Assembly (NCBI GenBank): GCA_030704615.1
Contig: CM060732.1
Location: 81,034,001-81,098,000, forward strand
Reading direction: 5' to 3'
Source: Takakia lepidozioides
Taxonomy: Eukaryota > Plantae > Bryophyta
Length of the DNA: 64,000 nt
Below are positions 1 to 12,752 of this stretch, one piece after another (positions within the stretch are counted from its first letter, which is position 1; each line of letters starts with the position of its first letter). The position numbers were made by a program, and so were the translations under genes. The notes under the pieces are model-generated. The model had not been told where the DNA came from and searched no databases. It saw nothing but the letters and a program-made list of their open reading frames with translations.

Positions 1-819
1 TGTCACTGAGTAATCATACAGGTATTGCGGAAATGCCTTGCAGAAGTTGGATTTTTTCCCCTTTCCCAAGGACTGGATGACTAACGAAAGCGACCTTCCA
101 TTCATTTGCAAAGACTGACAATGGTTATGAACAGCCTGTGCAAGACAGTTCACAAACAGAGAAACATACAACAGAGATAAACAAGACTTTTTGGAGGTTA
201 CTGAAGCAAAGAAGGATAGTGGACAGAGAGGGAGGGAACCAGGCATACCCTAAACTTTGCGTCATAAAAAATTGCACATGGTGTCAACATCCATTGTGTT
301 TGAGGTTTTGATATGTTTGAGAAAATCAAGAAACCAGCTCAGGTAGGAGCAAATTTTGGTCCAGATTGATGTGTCAGCCAAGAGGTTGCCGTTTGCCTTT
401 TCCACGCATGTACATTGTGGACCCTGCGAAAGGGCATAGTCTGGCACCTCCTCCATTGGGGTAGACTCTTCATTTTCCTCCAGGGAAAGTGAACTGTCCC
501 TCGCTAAATTCATAAGGTCCCCAGAAGCCCGAACATCAATGGATCTGCCCAGAGCAACGCACATGTTCAAAAAAGCAACAAAATCTGTGCCGTGTTCACT
601 TGACAAACACAGCTAGTGCCCCACTGACAGGACTTAGAAGACTCTGCCTGGGATCAAGCCCTTGGAGGGATTCTAGTTTGGAACTAACGTTATGTAAAAG
701 AATTGTATAGATCATTAACAATCCAGTACAGAATAGTCTCCAAAGCTCAGGCCAAACATGTGTGACAGAAACGATGAGGAGGGGTGCACCGGCTTGGTCT
801 CATGATTTTTGGACCTACG

Positions 820-1405
820 GTGTGGGAGATCTCGAATTTCAAAGTACTTTGGGTCGTTGGAAATTCAGGAAAAATGGCAAAGTGGGCTTTCCTGGAGCAA
901 TGATCGGCCCTTCATGTGGGAGATTTGAAATTTGAAGTACTTTTGGTCATTGGAAATTCGTGAAAAATAGCAAAGTGGATATATCAATATATGAAGCCTT
1001 GTCAGGGGAGATTGCAAAAATAGCAAAGTGGGCTTTGTTGGAACAATGACGTGGAGATCTCCCAAACTGCAGGGTCTCTGGATGCATAGGGGATTGCACT
1101 TGGACTTAGATGACATTGGTCGTTGGAGGTCGCACTTGGGCCTCTACATGGGAGAAGTACTTGGATACATAGGAGATGGCACTTGGGCTCAGATTTCAAT
1201 TCTTCTCACATGGGCCAATGGCACAGGCTACCCTAGATCTCCCAAACAAGGGGGTCTCTGGATCCATAGGGGATTTCACTTGGACATAGATGACACTGGA
1301 CACATGGGCCTCGACATAGGAGACGCACTTGGATACGTTGGGGATTGCACTTGGACTTAAATGACACTTAGGACACTTGGGCCAACGGCACAGGCTACCC
1401 TAGTA
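820..1405. repeat. Degenerate local direct repeats (~95-bp pair and ~180-bp pair), probably an old non-autonomous TE
   Basis: 'tgtgggagat...aagtactt...tggaaattc...gcaaagtgg' occurs at ~821 and ~916. 'agatctcccaaac...gtctctggat...cacttggac.tagatgaca' occurs at ~1055 and ~1235. 'gggccaa.ggcacaggctaccctag' occurs at ~1212 and ~1378. Confidence 0.6.
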
Positions 1406-3329
1406 GATCATATACATAAGGTGGTCTTATTGCAGATGTCAAACCCTGTCTGAATGGAAGAAAAGTGACTCCGGGCTATTTGTCTTTAGATGAGCCCTGA
1501 GCAAGAATCATCCCCATACCATATACGACTGTCTACTAGATACACTGGCACCTTTCATGGTCTGAGGTATCCACTGTGGTTGATTTGTTTCCCCGATTGC
1601 TCATGAAGGCAGCAATGGTCTTCCTGCAGTCCTTATCACAAAATGCCAACCATCCACACGCGGTTGCTGTGTGGTGGGAGTACCCTGTGACCCCTTTTCA
1701 GCCAGGCTAGTGGCAGCCTAGGCCTATGTGGATTTGAACCCCCGTCTTTCCCAAATGTTCCCTGTTGGATTGCAACTCTGCCCATTTTGTATGCAAATAC
1801 TCATTTTTAACCCTTGTCTTGATACTGAAGTAGAACACCTAGAATGAAAACATGGGTCAGGCCCCTTTCCTCTTTAACGGACAAAGGTTGTCAGAAATGA
1901 AGGAAGGGGACTAATTTCCTACCTTTGAAGCCACCAGCATTGAGGTCCATTAGCCAGCCATGCATCCCATTTACAAATCATGGCCTACCATTTTGCCACC
2001 TCTCATTCAACATGAACCTGCACCTCTTTAAAGTTAAACACGCTACATGATAGTGTTCACCTTCCTGGTTCCTCTTCTGCATGGTCCATGTTCCGAGCTT
2101 GGCAGTGATCAGTGATTGTTCACTTATCTTTGTGTGTGACAATGTGTTAAATTTGTGCAGTCAGCGCTGCAGCTACATCATCAGCCTGAAGTATCCATTG
2201 CTGAGGACCTGCACGAGGTTGAAGAGTCCAGTGTTGAGGATCGGCAAGAGGCCAAGGTCAGTCCAGTTTTGAGCAACACAGCTTTTGATCTTAAGGTTGA
2301 AACCATCAATTATGACATCCCTTTGTACGAGCATTAGTGTGGAAGGATGACATGCAGTTTGGATTTTGCCCATGTCTCCATGAATTGAATCAAGTTAAAG
2401 CTATGATCTGCACATTTACCATTTTGCTTCTTTAAGCCAAGAGTGATATTAAAAGGCAAACTTCTTTGGAGACAAGCAACTATTCAGTTGACAGGGGGAT
2501 TTTTCCCTCTTTCAAGGTGCAGGACATGGGTGAACGAATTTCCATCCTTGTCATGAGATCAAAGTGCTAATGATCTCACAAACAAAGAACGGCACCAAGC
2601 ACCAGGGCTGGGGCTCCGCGGTTTGGGAGATCTCAACGATGCTACAAAACAAAACAAACAAACTGGCTTGCTTCATATATTGATGAACATATTCTTGTTT
2701 TTTGGTGTCCAAAGCTGCTCATTTTCTACAAGTTGGGGCCAAGGTGGCCAAATTTGTTTGTAAGCTTAATCTGAAGTTGATAGGAGAGGTAGTATTACCT
2801 CAGAGCTTGAGGCCGGGGGATCCACCGACCCAGCATCCGACAGCCTGTGAGCGTTAGATGCCAAAGGTTTTGGGGACCTACCCACCATGCTTCCACGCGA
2901 GGGCCAGCTTCACTGCGGTTCTTGCAGGAGCTGAGCCAGGCCGACCACATAAGAAAGAGTCACTCAGCAGATGCACAGCAGAGGCCCTTGCATTGAAGCG
3001 TGATGCTTGCATTCCCAATTCCATCTTTTTCTGCTTGGCTGCAGTTTTACCCCATTGTTTCTATGTTACAGCAGGGTTGGAGAATACTCCTAGAACTGTC
3101 AAACTGACTGATGAAGAGAGTAAGAAAGATAGTATAAGTAGCAGGTACAGCAAAGGGAGAGAGAAATAAGACAGTAGTTTCTTGCGTCCACACGAGCCCA
3201 AGGGGCTATGGGGCATTTGAAGAGGGGAGGAAAAAAGAAGAAGGGGCAAGGCGGGGCGGGGAGGGAGAAGTTTATGGCAGTATTTGAGTGCTGAAAGTAG
3301 GGTAGAGAAGTATGCATTGCATATTCACC

Positions 3330-5784
3330 AGAATTTTTCTTGGCGCAGTACTTGCCAAACACCTCATTGAGCACATTGTTGGATGATATTGATGCCCTCA
3401 ACAACTGTAACACCTGCACCACTTCCATCAGAAATCTTCATCCCACTCTTGTAGATCTTGTCTAATGACAAGTGCAAGGAGCTACCATAGGCTATGTGTG
3501 GTGCAATTGAACAGGTAGTTTACCCCTCATCACTTCCATCCGCCTCTAGCTCTTTCAAACCGATACTAGTATCTCCAGCTTCTCCGTGGTCCACCATCAC
3601 GTAAAACAATTTGTTCCAAAACCTTATTCAATAAATGAGCTTCACAACCTAATGAGGGGTAACTTTAGGACCAGCTCTGGCAGAGTTTTCATCGCAGTTG
3701 TACGGCATTTGAAGTGACAACACCAAGAAACGAGGAAGGCTGACCCTCCATTATCTTCCGATAAACCTTGATTCCCAACCCTTTGTCTTGTTAGACAGTG
3801 GTTGAGAACTGGTGAGCGAGAGTAGGCAGAAAGAGGTGTAGTTTGAGAGATTTCCTATGGAATGTTGGTCTTCGCTGGGTTCCCCGTGTAACCTAACCTG
3901 AGGAACCTTATGGAAAATAACTGTTTCTCACAGAGAGAGAGATAGGATAATTCCGCACACTGGAAGTTTCAGAATCTGTTGAAGTATTCACCTCTTCATA
4001 GCCGAACTTAATCTCCATGGTGTCCAAGTCTCCAACCCGTTCAGACTTGATGATGTTGAGCTGCATCAGTGATTTGATTGCTTAGCTGGCAAAGATTTCC
4101 AGTGAGTTGGTTACCATGAATTGTGTGCCCCCCTTCACATACCCTTTTGTCGACACTCCTAGGTCACCCGAGCCCTGCCAAGCTAAACTTAAACTGAATC
4201 ACTTTTCAAAAAACCTGAAAAAAACTGGATGCAATGTTCGACAGCAGAAATTCTTGTACAAGTTGGTTGGGCTTACAATCACTAAGGGCAATCCGTCAAT
4301 TGATTCGTACAATTTCTGCATTCCACTTTTTAACCAGAAAGAGGAAGCTCAGATTGGAGGGAAATGAAATGACAAATTATAAAGTCTGTGGAAAGCTCAG
4401 AAAGCTTATGGTACAAGAGAAAGCATGAAACAAGAAAGAGAGAGGGGGCCATCCACAAGCAGCCAAAAACAACTATCGCTCGAGGGATTGTCTAGGAGTG
4501 AACGCCTCAGATATTGCTACCTCAGATATGTTGCTAAGCATTTCTGATCCTTGCAATAGAACATCTCTTTGAGAAATTGGCTATCTCGGAACAGACAACA
4601 GTACCTCCCACGGATCTGACAGTAGAAAGGACAGTGAAAGACGAAATGACCTTCCCCTCCCGTTGTCCCCGGCGCAAGTGGGGCAAAGGCGTACTCACGC
4701 TGCAGGTTGTCCACACTCCACACCAGTCTCTATCCGCAGAATATGGGAGCACACCCTAAACCTCCCAGAAGAAGAGAGGGAGATGGAGTTGCAGACGGGT
4801 AATCGGACACGGGTAATCGGGCCGCAAGATTCTATCGTCACGGAGGACCAAGAACTGCAGTTTTGTGGTAGGATCGGCTGACCTCCAGCATCTGTTCCGG
4901 TCCTGCTTGGACGAAATATCCACCCCCTCCGAATTTTGTGGCAGTAGGGAAGCCACGGAGAGTCCGTGGAGACAAAGAGAGAGAGAAGGATGGCCTCAAT
5001 AGTAATTTCTTGTAATACCATCCATGAAGAGTTGGTTTAATAGTGGGAATCTCTTTGTGAAGAAAGTAAGGAAAGAAAGGAAGAGAAATGCACGCGTGAC
5101 TAGTGTAACTAAAATTTGCTTGTCTGATGTGATTTGTTTCCAGATGTATGTGACGGGGAGAAAGTGCACCTGCGAGCCTGCATCTCCATCGTGGACGAGT
5201 TTGCATGATGTCTCCATGTTCTTTCTATGTTTCGGACATTTGGTGCCAAATCTGGGAGTGACAAATGTGCAGGCAAGCCCACAGCCATAATAGCCCGCAT
5301 TGCTCCTGTCAATTTCCTCAGCCCCGCTTCTCGTGTCTAAGGAGAGTATTTTCCCCGCGAACCCACCCACTGGTTTGGGATCCAGTAGAATTTTTTTGTC
5401 AATACACTCCTCCAGCCTAACCACACTTTGGAATACGTTGGTTATGGAGGTCATGGCCTTGCCCTTGTCTTTTTTCTCCAGAGAGGTAGTAGAAGGTAAG
5501 GAACTGGCCAGTACTTGTCCCTCACCTGATTGCTTACCGAGCAACGAGGCTTCTGTCAGGAGCTTCACAATGCAGCCAACAGGGAGGGTGAGAAAGCCCA
5601 CAAGCAAATCTACGAAGTCCTTTCCAGCCTCAACACAGAGCACGTGCCGGCTCACCTTTGAAAACAGCAATGTGATCACTATAGTCTGATCCGCCTCCTT
5701 GTTGCCTCCCGGGGAGTTACGATTTTGGCATGGAGTGGTAGCCTCCAACGCTCCTCTACTTGGCCCCCCACTACCATATGACAT
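3330..5784 (-). pseudogene. DUF674 family protein with premature in-frame stop; exons 5784-5170, 4174-3992, 3413-~3330 (3' end uncertain)
   Basis: DUF674 motifs: ITLLFSKVSRHVLCVEAGKDFVDLLVGFLTLPVGCIVKLL (exon 1), GYVKGGTQFMVTNSLEI...EIKFGYEE (exon 2), VLQLLRASISSNNVLNEVF (exon 3). Junctions are phase-0 GT-AG. In-frame TAA at 4084-4082. Confidence 0.75.
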
Positions 5785-5825
5785 TGGTATCTATAAAGGT
5801 TTATGTGGTATACAATGAAAGAGAG

Positions 5826-6834
5826 ATTGTACTCATAAGACGTTGTTTGCCGTAGCCTTGTGGCCATTGACCCCGCGCCCAGTTTGAGCGGGAACAAAAG
5901 GGACAGAACCTACCTCTGTCAGGGGCTGACGTTGGTTAGTAAGACTTACCTCCATATAAAGAATTAATCCGGGTTTTCCAGATATCCTCTAGAAATCCCT
6001 TCACACAAGCATCAATCTGCTGTGTGTGATTTGCCCAAAAACTAGGCCTCAGGAGGGCCTGGGCTTTTGGCTCAGCCTCGAGACTTTCAAAGTTGGTAAA
6101 AGGGGTACAGGCACAATTCCCTTAATAGATTTGAAGAGAGCGTCTCTTTGGTGAGAGAACCCCGGACAGTGTATCAGAAAATGAATACTGTCTTCAGATT
6201 GCCCACACAACGGGCAATTGCACTCTCCCTTTCCTCTCTGCTTCTGTTTGCTGTTCAAAGGTAGGCTTCCTGCCCTGAGTTTAAATTTCAGTCTAGTGCC
6301 GAGAGTGGGTAGACCCTTGAGGTCATCCAAGATGTCCTCCCCCATGTCACAGACTGGAAACAAGTTCAGGGAAGTTTTCTGCCTAACTTCATTTTCATCA
6401 GACAATCTCATGGCAACAGACATGGCTGAGGACACTACAGCCTCTAAGTCAGATTTATCCAGCAGGGTCAAGACTTGCGGATCCAGGTCCAGGTCCTTGA
6501 GGATCTTTCTACTCTCTTCTGCCAGGACTTAGCCTGTTTGACAGGGCAGTCCTGTTTCCAAGATATAGAGTCGATTAATTTAGGATATCTGGTGTTGGGC
6601 ATATGTTGCAGCTGACCCCACCATCTGACCTTGAATTCATCTCGTCGGGAGCTTAAGGACGGAATGCCAAACTCACCCCGAACAGCCACATTGGCTGTTT
6701 TGGAGCATGCTGACATACACTCCTTAAGCACCCCCTCTTGAATGGATTCTAGAGACTTAGCCTGGTTGGAGTTATCAACCCATATAGCAGATCCGTACTC
6801 CAAGGCAGGTCTAATAACGCGACAAAGCATGGTT
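5826..6834 (-). mobile_element. 5'-truncated non-LTR retrotransposon (LINE, RTEX-like), copy 1, in (GA)n tract
   Basis: Frameshifted ORF remnants LCRVIRPALEYGSAIW and LKFKLRAGSLPLN...CPLCGQSEDSIHFLIHC. Near-identical to 47583-48545. GAGAGA on both sides. Confidence 0.9.
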
Positions 6835-8704
6835 GAGAGAGAGAGAGAGAGAGAAAGAGACTTGAATCTGTCCCCAATCGGTCACTTCTCCAATGGTTTG
6901 CTGCACGGTCAGTGCTGGGTGAGACACTGCTATTTAAATCCAGAGTGTGCCATTGAGAGATCCAAAGTCATTTACATAGCACAATGTTGTCACTTGATGC
7001 TCTTATATTCCAAAGTTGTGGAGAAAATCAAGTACACCTGCTCGGTACTTGACAAAACTTGGTGTGCACTCGGTGGTACTGCACTCAGCACTAGAATTAG
7101 ATCAAGTCAGCTGAATATGATTGAAGATTGGTGCATGAAGGGTACTGGGGCCCCTGGCAGGTCTTCTGTCCATAATATCCAATCATGATCTCTTCCTATA
7201 TTCATGCACAGGGGCAACTTGATGAAAGGTCATCATGCAGGGAAGGGGCCTAAAAAGAAGTGAAATAGGAAGTAAGAAATTTGTAAAGCAAGGTTCCAGA
7301 AGAGATTGCTGGTGAGTAGCTGAGAGTTAAGAAAAAACTCAACAGCTTGACACACTTAGTTGGTGGAGAAATGAAATGAAATGAAATGGTGCTTTATGGT
7401 GGAGAGAGAGCCGATACTTGAGGAGGTGGGGCCCACAGAGGTGAAGCTGAAATTCTTGTGAGTGAATTGATGCAAGAAGGGGAGGTAAAGAGGAAATCAT
7501 ATTGGTCTAAACTGCATTAATAGAAGATGGTCCAATATCAGATAACAGGCTACATCTGAGTAGAAAGAAACATGAGAGATAACGGAAGGAATTCAAGCTA
7601 CTTGGGGTCGGGAGCTAGAGGGATTCTCCACTGTTGCCAGTGCTAACGTAGCAACATGTTATTTTTTGACCTAAACATGGTTACAGCTGAAGGGACACAT
7701 TCCCAGTCGGGGACTAGAGAAAAATCATCCAGAACAAGACAGTCGAAATTTATACTTACAAAGCCATGGAGTGACAAAGAACCAGGAATCCATGAGGGGT
7801 ACTGCAAGCTGAAGAGAGTCCAGGACGCCCAAATATGAGAATTCTAGGTCACTGAACACATCAGATCCCCAGAAAAGAACATTGCAACCAAAAGAACTGA
7901 AATTTAACAGGGGAGATATGGCAAGTAAGAATTGAGAGAGACGAAGCGACTTGACCACTGCGATCGAGAACTGGGGAGCCCATGCACGATATCTACCTCA
8001 CACGCGCGGCCTAGGCCCGGCCCAAACCTGACGCACAAGGTTCGTTCCTACCGTTCTTGATGAAGGTTCGGAACGAACTGGTAAAAGCCGTCGGACGGAT
8101 GTACACGTTCGTCTCCCATCGATGAAAACAGAAGGGGAATGAGGAAGCTTGCAGAGCTTCGGTTGTCCTCAGACTCAGTATCGCAGAAGGCTGAATTCTC
8201 GACCATCTTAGCAAGCCTTGTCTACAGACCTGCTTTCCCAATTCGTGCTGTAACAGCTTCTGCTCATGTGGACATAACAAGAGAGCGACCACCTGTAGCC
8301 TTGCAATTCATTCTCCGGTGTGTGGTATGAATAGCGGAAAGAACGAACTGAATCCAGAATCCAGAATTCACAAAATGTACAGCAACTCATAGCAATTCAT
8401 ACACAAAAATGTTTGCAAGAAACCAGAAGCACAGTGGACACAAGGCAAATGGATAGTGTAAGAAAATTGGTGAACGAGCTCCTGTACATTAAATCAACTG
8501 GTGGGCGACAACGAAGCCAACACCAAATCAAGTCCCGACTTTTACTCCCAAAATCTCACTAACACTCTACCAACTACCAAAACTGGCTATCATGATACAA
8601 GCTTTTCTCGGAATCCACCATGATCGGCTCGTCGTGCTCGCTGGTAAGGCCAGCATGCTGCCTGTCACAGAAGATTATATTCAAAGTGGACACGGGAGTG
8701 TTAC

Positions 8705-9263
8705 TCAAACACTCGTGAATTTGGTCACAGCCTTAGTGCCTTCAGACACGGCATGCTTGGCTAACTCCCCAGGCAGTATCAGCCTCACAGCTGTTTGGAT
8801 CTCTCGTGACGTGATGGTTGGCTTTTTGTTATACCGTGCCAACCTCGCTGCTTCTTGGGCAAGCTTCTCGAAGATATCATTAATAAACGAGTTCATTATC
8901 CCCATTGCTTTCGAAGAGATACCCGTATCAGGGTGAACCTGGAAAGAGTAACAAAAGCGAAAGTGAGAAAGACAGCACTTCATTCTCTCAAGCAACCGCT
9001 CTATCTAAACACTAATTCCAAATCATACTGAATCAAAGAGCACAAAACAGAACGAATTCCACCAGTGAACGTCGAATTACCTGCTTCAACACCTTGTAGA
9101 TGTAGATCTTGTAAGTCTCCACACTCTTCTTCACCCTCTTCTTCTTAGCATCAGCCTTGGTATCACCCTTGAGCTTCTTCTCCGCCCTCTTCACAGGCTT
9201 CTTCTCTGCCTTCCCCTTTCCGGCCTTCTGCTCATGAGCATCCACACTAGACTTGGGAGCCAT
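8705..9263 (-). CDS. H2B: Histone H2B, 138 aa, two exons (9263-9081, 8938-8705)
   Basis: MAPK...[17 protein letters not shown]|[77 protein letters not shown]. 142-bp phase-0 GT-AG intron at 9080-8939. Confidence 0.97.
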
Positions 9264-11989
9264 ATCGCGGACTTCAACACACCAGAAATAAAAAATCACC
9301 AGCACCCAAATCCCCAACAACGGAGCAAATTCTACGAAGAAGCAAACACGCCTACAGATTCAAAAGAACAGCACAGCCTCCCAGCGATGGCAGCGACAAA
9401 GAGCAAAGGATTGCAAAGACAGAGAAGGCGGCAAAGGCAGAAAACAGAGGAGCTACGGAAGAATGAGATAACGAGGGATTTATACCACCCCACTTTGTTT
9501 GCACCACTGGCAGCGCCCCATCTCGAGCACACAGATCGACAGCGTGGGCCCTTGGATCGGATATCCGACGGTACATTTTGTAACTCTCAGTTGCCGCTTT
9601 TCATTAAGCTTTCCCCACCCGGGTACCCCATCACAATCTCGGGCGAACCGAAGAGGCGGCAGACCCTTCGCCGCCGAGGAAGTGACAACCCGGCGCTCTC
9701 GGGTGGGTAACCCCAAGAGTATCGGCCCTGGTGGAACCCCGGGCAGCGTGACCCGGCGATATAGCACGTGCGAATGTGATGCGCCGGCAATGCGTTTTTT
9801 AAAGGATGAAAATTAGGACAGGAACTCTTGTACAGTGTTTTCGCTCTGAGTCTGTTGGTGTTTCATGTCTCCTCAGTCCTGCTTCAGATTATGAAAGATG
9901 ATCGTCATAGCTTCATAGTGGAGTGTGGAGGTCTTATTATGGATCAAACACGCCATCAGGGTTGAATAAGGTTGAAAACTGCAGATTCCATGAAGGACAA
10001 GACAGCACTGCAGCCAAGCAAGATAAGTCTAGCTTACTGGTGATCTGGGATCCAAAATTGTATACTGTGTGCTGATACAATTGGAGGAACATTGTGCTGA
10101 CTCATTGAAGTGAATGGTTGCATTTGCGCTTTGAACCCAACTTTCTCGGACACATTCCAACCGCATACAAAGATAGTTGCAAATGGACAGCTCAAATCGT
10201 CATGCTCATTTCCTGGTCAGGGAGTTATTACCTCCGAGAAATGCAAAATGCAATTGCAATAACTGCTTGTCAATGTTACTGTAGACAGTGGAAAGTGATG
10301 CAAGTGGGAAGGGCTTCTGCTCTGATTTGCGTGTTCATAGGTTGAATAGTACCATTCTAACCCCTCCTCCCTTCCTCATCGAATCTATTTTCTCCCAGTA
10401 CGTGCAGAGCACATTCTTCTCAAGCACCCACACTCAGCTGTTTTACCAACACCAGTGCTTCTGTGATTCTGTGATTATGCATCTCTAGTTTTTTTACCAT
10501 GTTGTCCATCGCAACCTCAAATCTGTCATGTCCGTCAACCATCAGGCAGCCTGCTGGTCGGATAACCAGCTTGTTTCTTTAACTTGCTGGACCATTGTGG
10601 GTCAGTTGTTGCTTCATTCTCCCTCCAGCGACAGCTGTATCTTGACATCAGGACCAACGGACATGAACTACATGAGCCAAACAGCAAATGTATGAGTGCC
10701 AGCCTTTGACTCCAACATTTCACAAGGCTGCTGACCCTCCCAAATTCTTGAACCAGGCAGCATCTGGATCCTTGGCAATGCTAGCTGCACACCAAAATAC
10801 ACCTGGTTGGAACCCTTTCTCCGAATAACAATGCCACAAATTTAGCAATAAAGCCCACTTGCACCTTTTTTCATCTGTAACTGGCATGGGTACCATGCCC
10901 ATACCCCTTCATATAGTAAATAGCCTCAGAACCGAAAAGCCACAGAACCACTCATTCCACCACCGAGGCAATAACTGTCGCTCACTCACACAGCCATTGG
11001 ATCCCTGTATTCACAGTGTTCCTGCCCTGCCAGACGAAGATCAACGTGACTACCAACACTTAAGGGAAATGAAGGGTTGAGAACTAAAGAGAAACAGAAA
11101 GGGCAACAGAAATGGAGGTAGGGATTGGAGGGAGGGGGGTGTAGGTGTATAGCCATGCAGTAGAGAAACGAGAAGATTGTATCAAACCATGAGACTGTAC
11201 ATTCTCTCTCGGGTACAAAACATGCAAGGGTGACAAAGGAGTAGATCTCTTAGGTAGTGATCCCTGTGGAAGCCCAGGTTGAAAACACTCACCAATGTCA
11301 TCCCAGAAGCAGGTCATCCTAGCAAAGAGAAGAGAAGTAAGGGAGGTCCTTTCAGCCATTTCAGCCAGTGGTAGGTACATAACTCAGCAGCACCTGTTTT
11401 AGCCCATTGCTCCAGAGGGAGGGGGTGGTGGTCTCATGACAGTAAGCATCCTATGCTTAGAACGGAACAAAAAAACGGAGAAGGGGATGACTCATTAGGG
11501 TGACTCATTAGGATTTTCCCTAAGTCTTAACCTACAGCAGCTTCCCTATAAGGTTAGAAGCCCTGGTTGCTTTTCTCATTTGGAAGAGGAGCAGGCATGA
11601 GCACTCACCTCACTGCTAAACCCTTGCTACAAGGAAGGTACCCAGTCAGGCTCTTTAGGCACTTAGTACAGCACCACAAAGAGGGTGGACACTATGAGGA
11701 ACTTACACGGACTTGGACTGGCTCATTCCGGACAGAATAACGGGATCAGGCAATTCTTTAGTGCTGTCATGCCATTCCCTGCAAACATGGGCTTGCCATA
11801 GGCTTACAGCCATTGATCCCAACGGAAACTAACCCTCCTGGAGCCTTTTGTGGGGTTCATACCCACCAGGGTTTAGCTTATCCTGGAACTCAGCTGTAGA
11901 TATAAACTTATTTCCGGCAACTGCCATTAAGGTGCTCACAGAGGCACTTGTCCGCATGCAACCTCGACAGCCCGGTTGCATTTCAAGAG

Positions 11990-12392
11990 AATGTACTCAT
12001 AAGACTTTGTTCGCTGTAGCCTTGTGGCCATTGCATTTTGGAGAGAAAGAGAAATCCTCAAGCCTCCCATATTCAGGTTTCCTAATTCTTAGCCATATCC
12101 AAGGATAGAATGTACTCATAAGACGTAGTTTGCCGTAGCCTTGTGGCCATTGACCCCGCGCCCAGTTTGAGCGGAAACCAAAGGGACAGAAGCTACCTCT
12201 GTCAGGGGCTGACATTGGTAGTAAGACTTACCTTCATACATAGAATTGATCCGGGTTTTCCAGATATCCTCTACAAAATCCCTTTACACAAGCATCAATC
12301 TGCTGTGTGTGATTTGCTCAAAAACTAGGCCTCAGAAGGGCCTGGGCTTTTGGCTCAGCCTCGAGACTTTAAAGTTGGTAAACAGAGGTACA
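11990..12392 (-). mobile_element. Two short 3'-end fragments of the same LINE (11990-12033 and 12109-12392)
   Basis: Both begin with the family 3' terminus 'atgtactcataagac...gtagccttgtggccattg' next to a short AG-rich run. The second aligns to copy 1 for ~280 bp. Confidence 0.85.
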
Positions 12393-12752
12393 TATCCACG
12401 GATAGAGAGAGCCAGAGGGATCAGGCAATTCTTGAGTGTTGTTACAAAGAACTCAACCGAATTCAAAGAAAGAGGGAGAGAGAGAGAGAGAGATAACAGA
12501 GACATACCAAACCTGAGTAGCAAAGGTAGGTATTGCCAGTGTGACTCGCGTGTGAAACACAAATCCTGTCCGAAGTTCTTTCTGGCCTCGGGGTGGGAAT
12601 CAAGCGGGTTCTTTTTGCAATGGAGGCAATAACCGGAACAAAGATTTCAGATGGAGATGGAAATAAGAATGTAACCCCTTCTCTTACTGAACCTGAGCCC
12701 CACGGCTACTGGCGCCTGTTTGATACGAAAAAACACTTCACGGACCAACTGG

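Noticed and set aside
248-3070. Exon-like minus-strand fragments (262-606, ~2060-2370, ~2800-3060)
   Set aside because: There are donor-like sites but in-frame stops and no recognisable domain. They could be decayed exons or UTR; not supportable.
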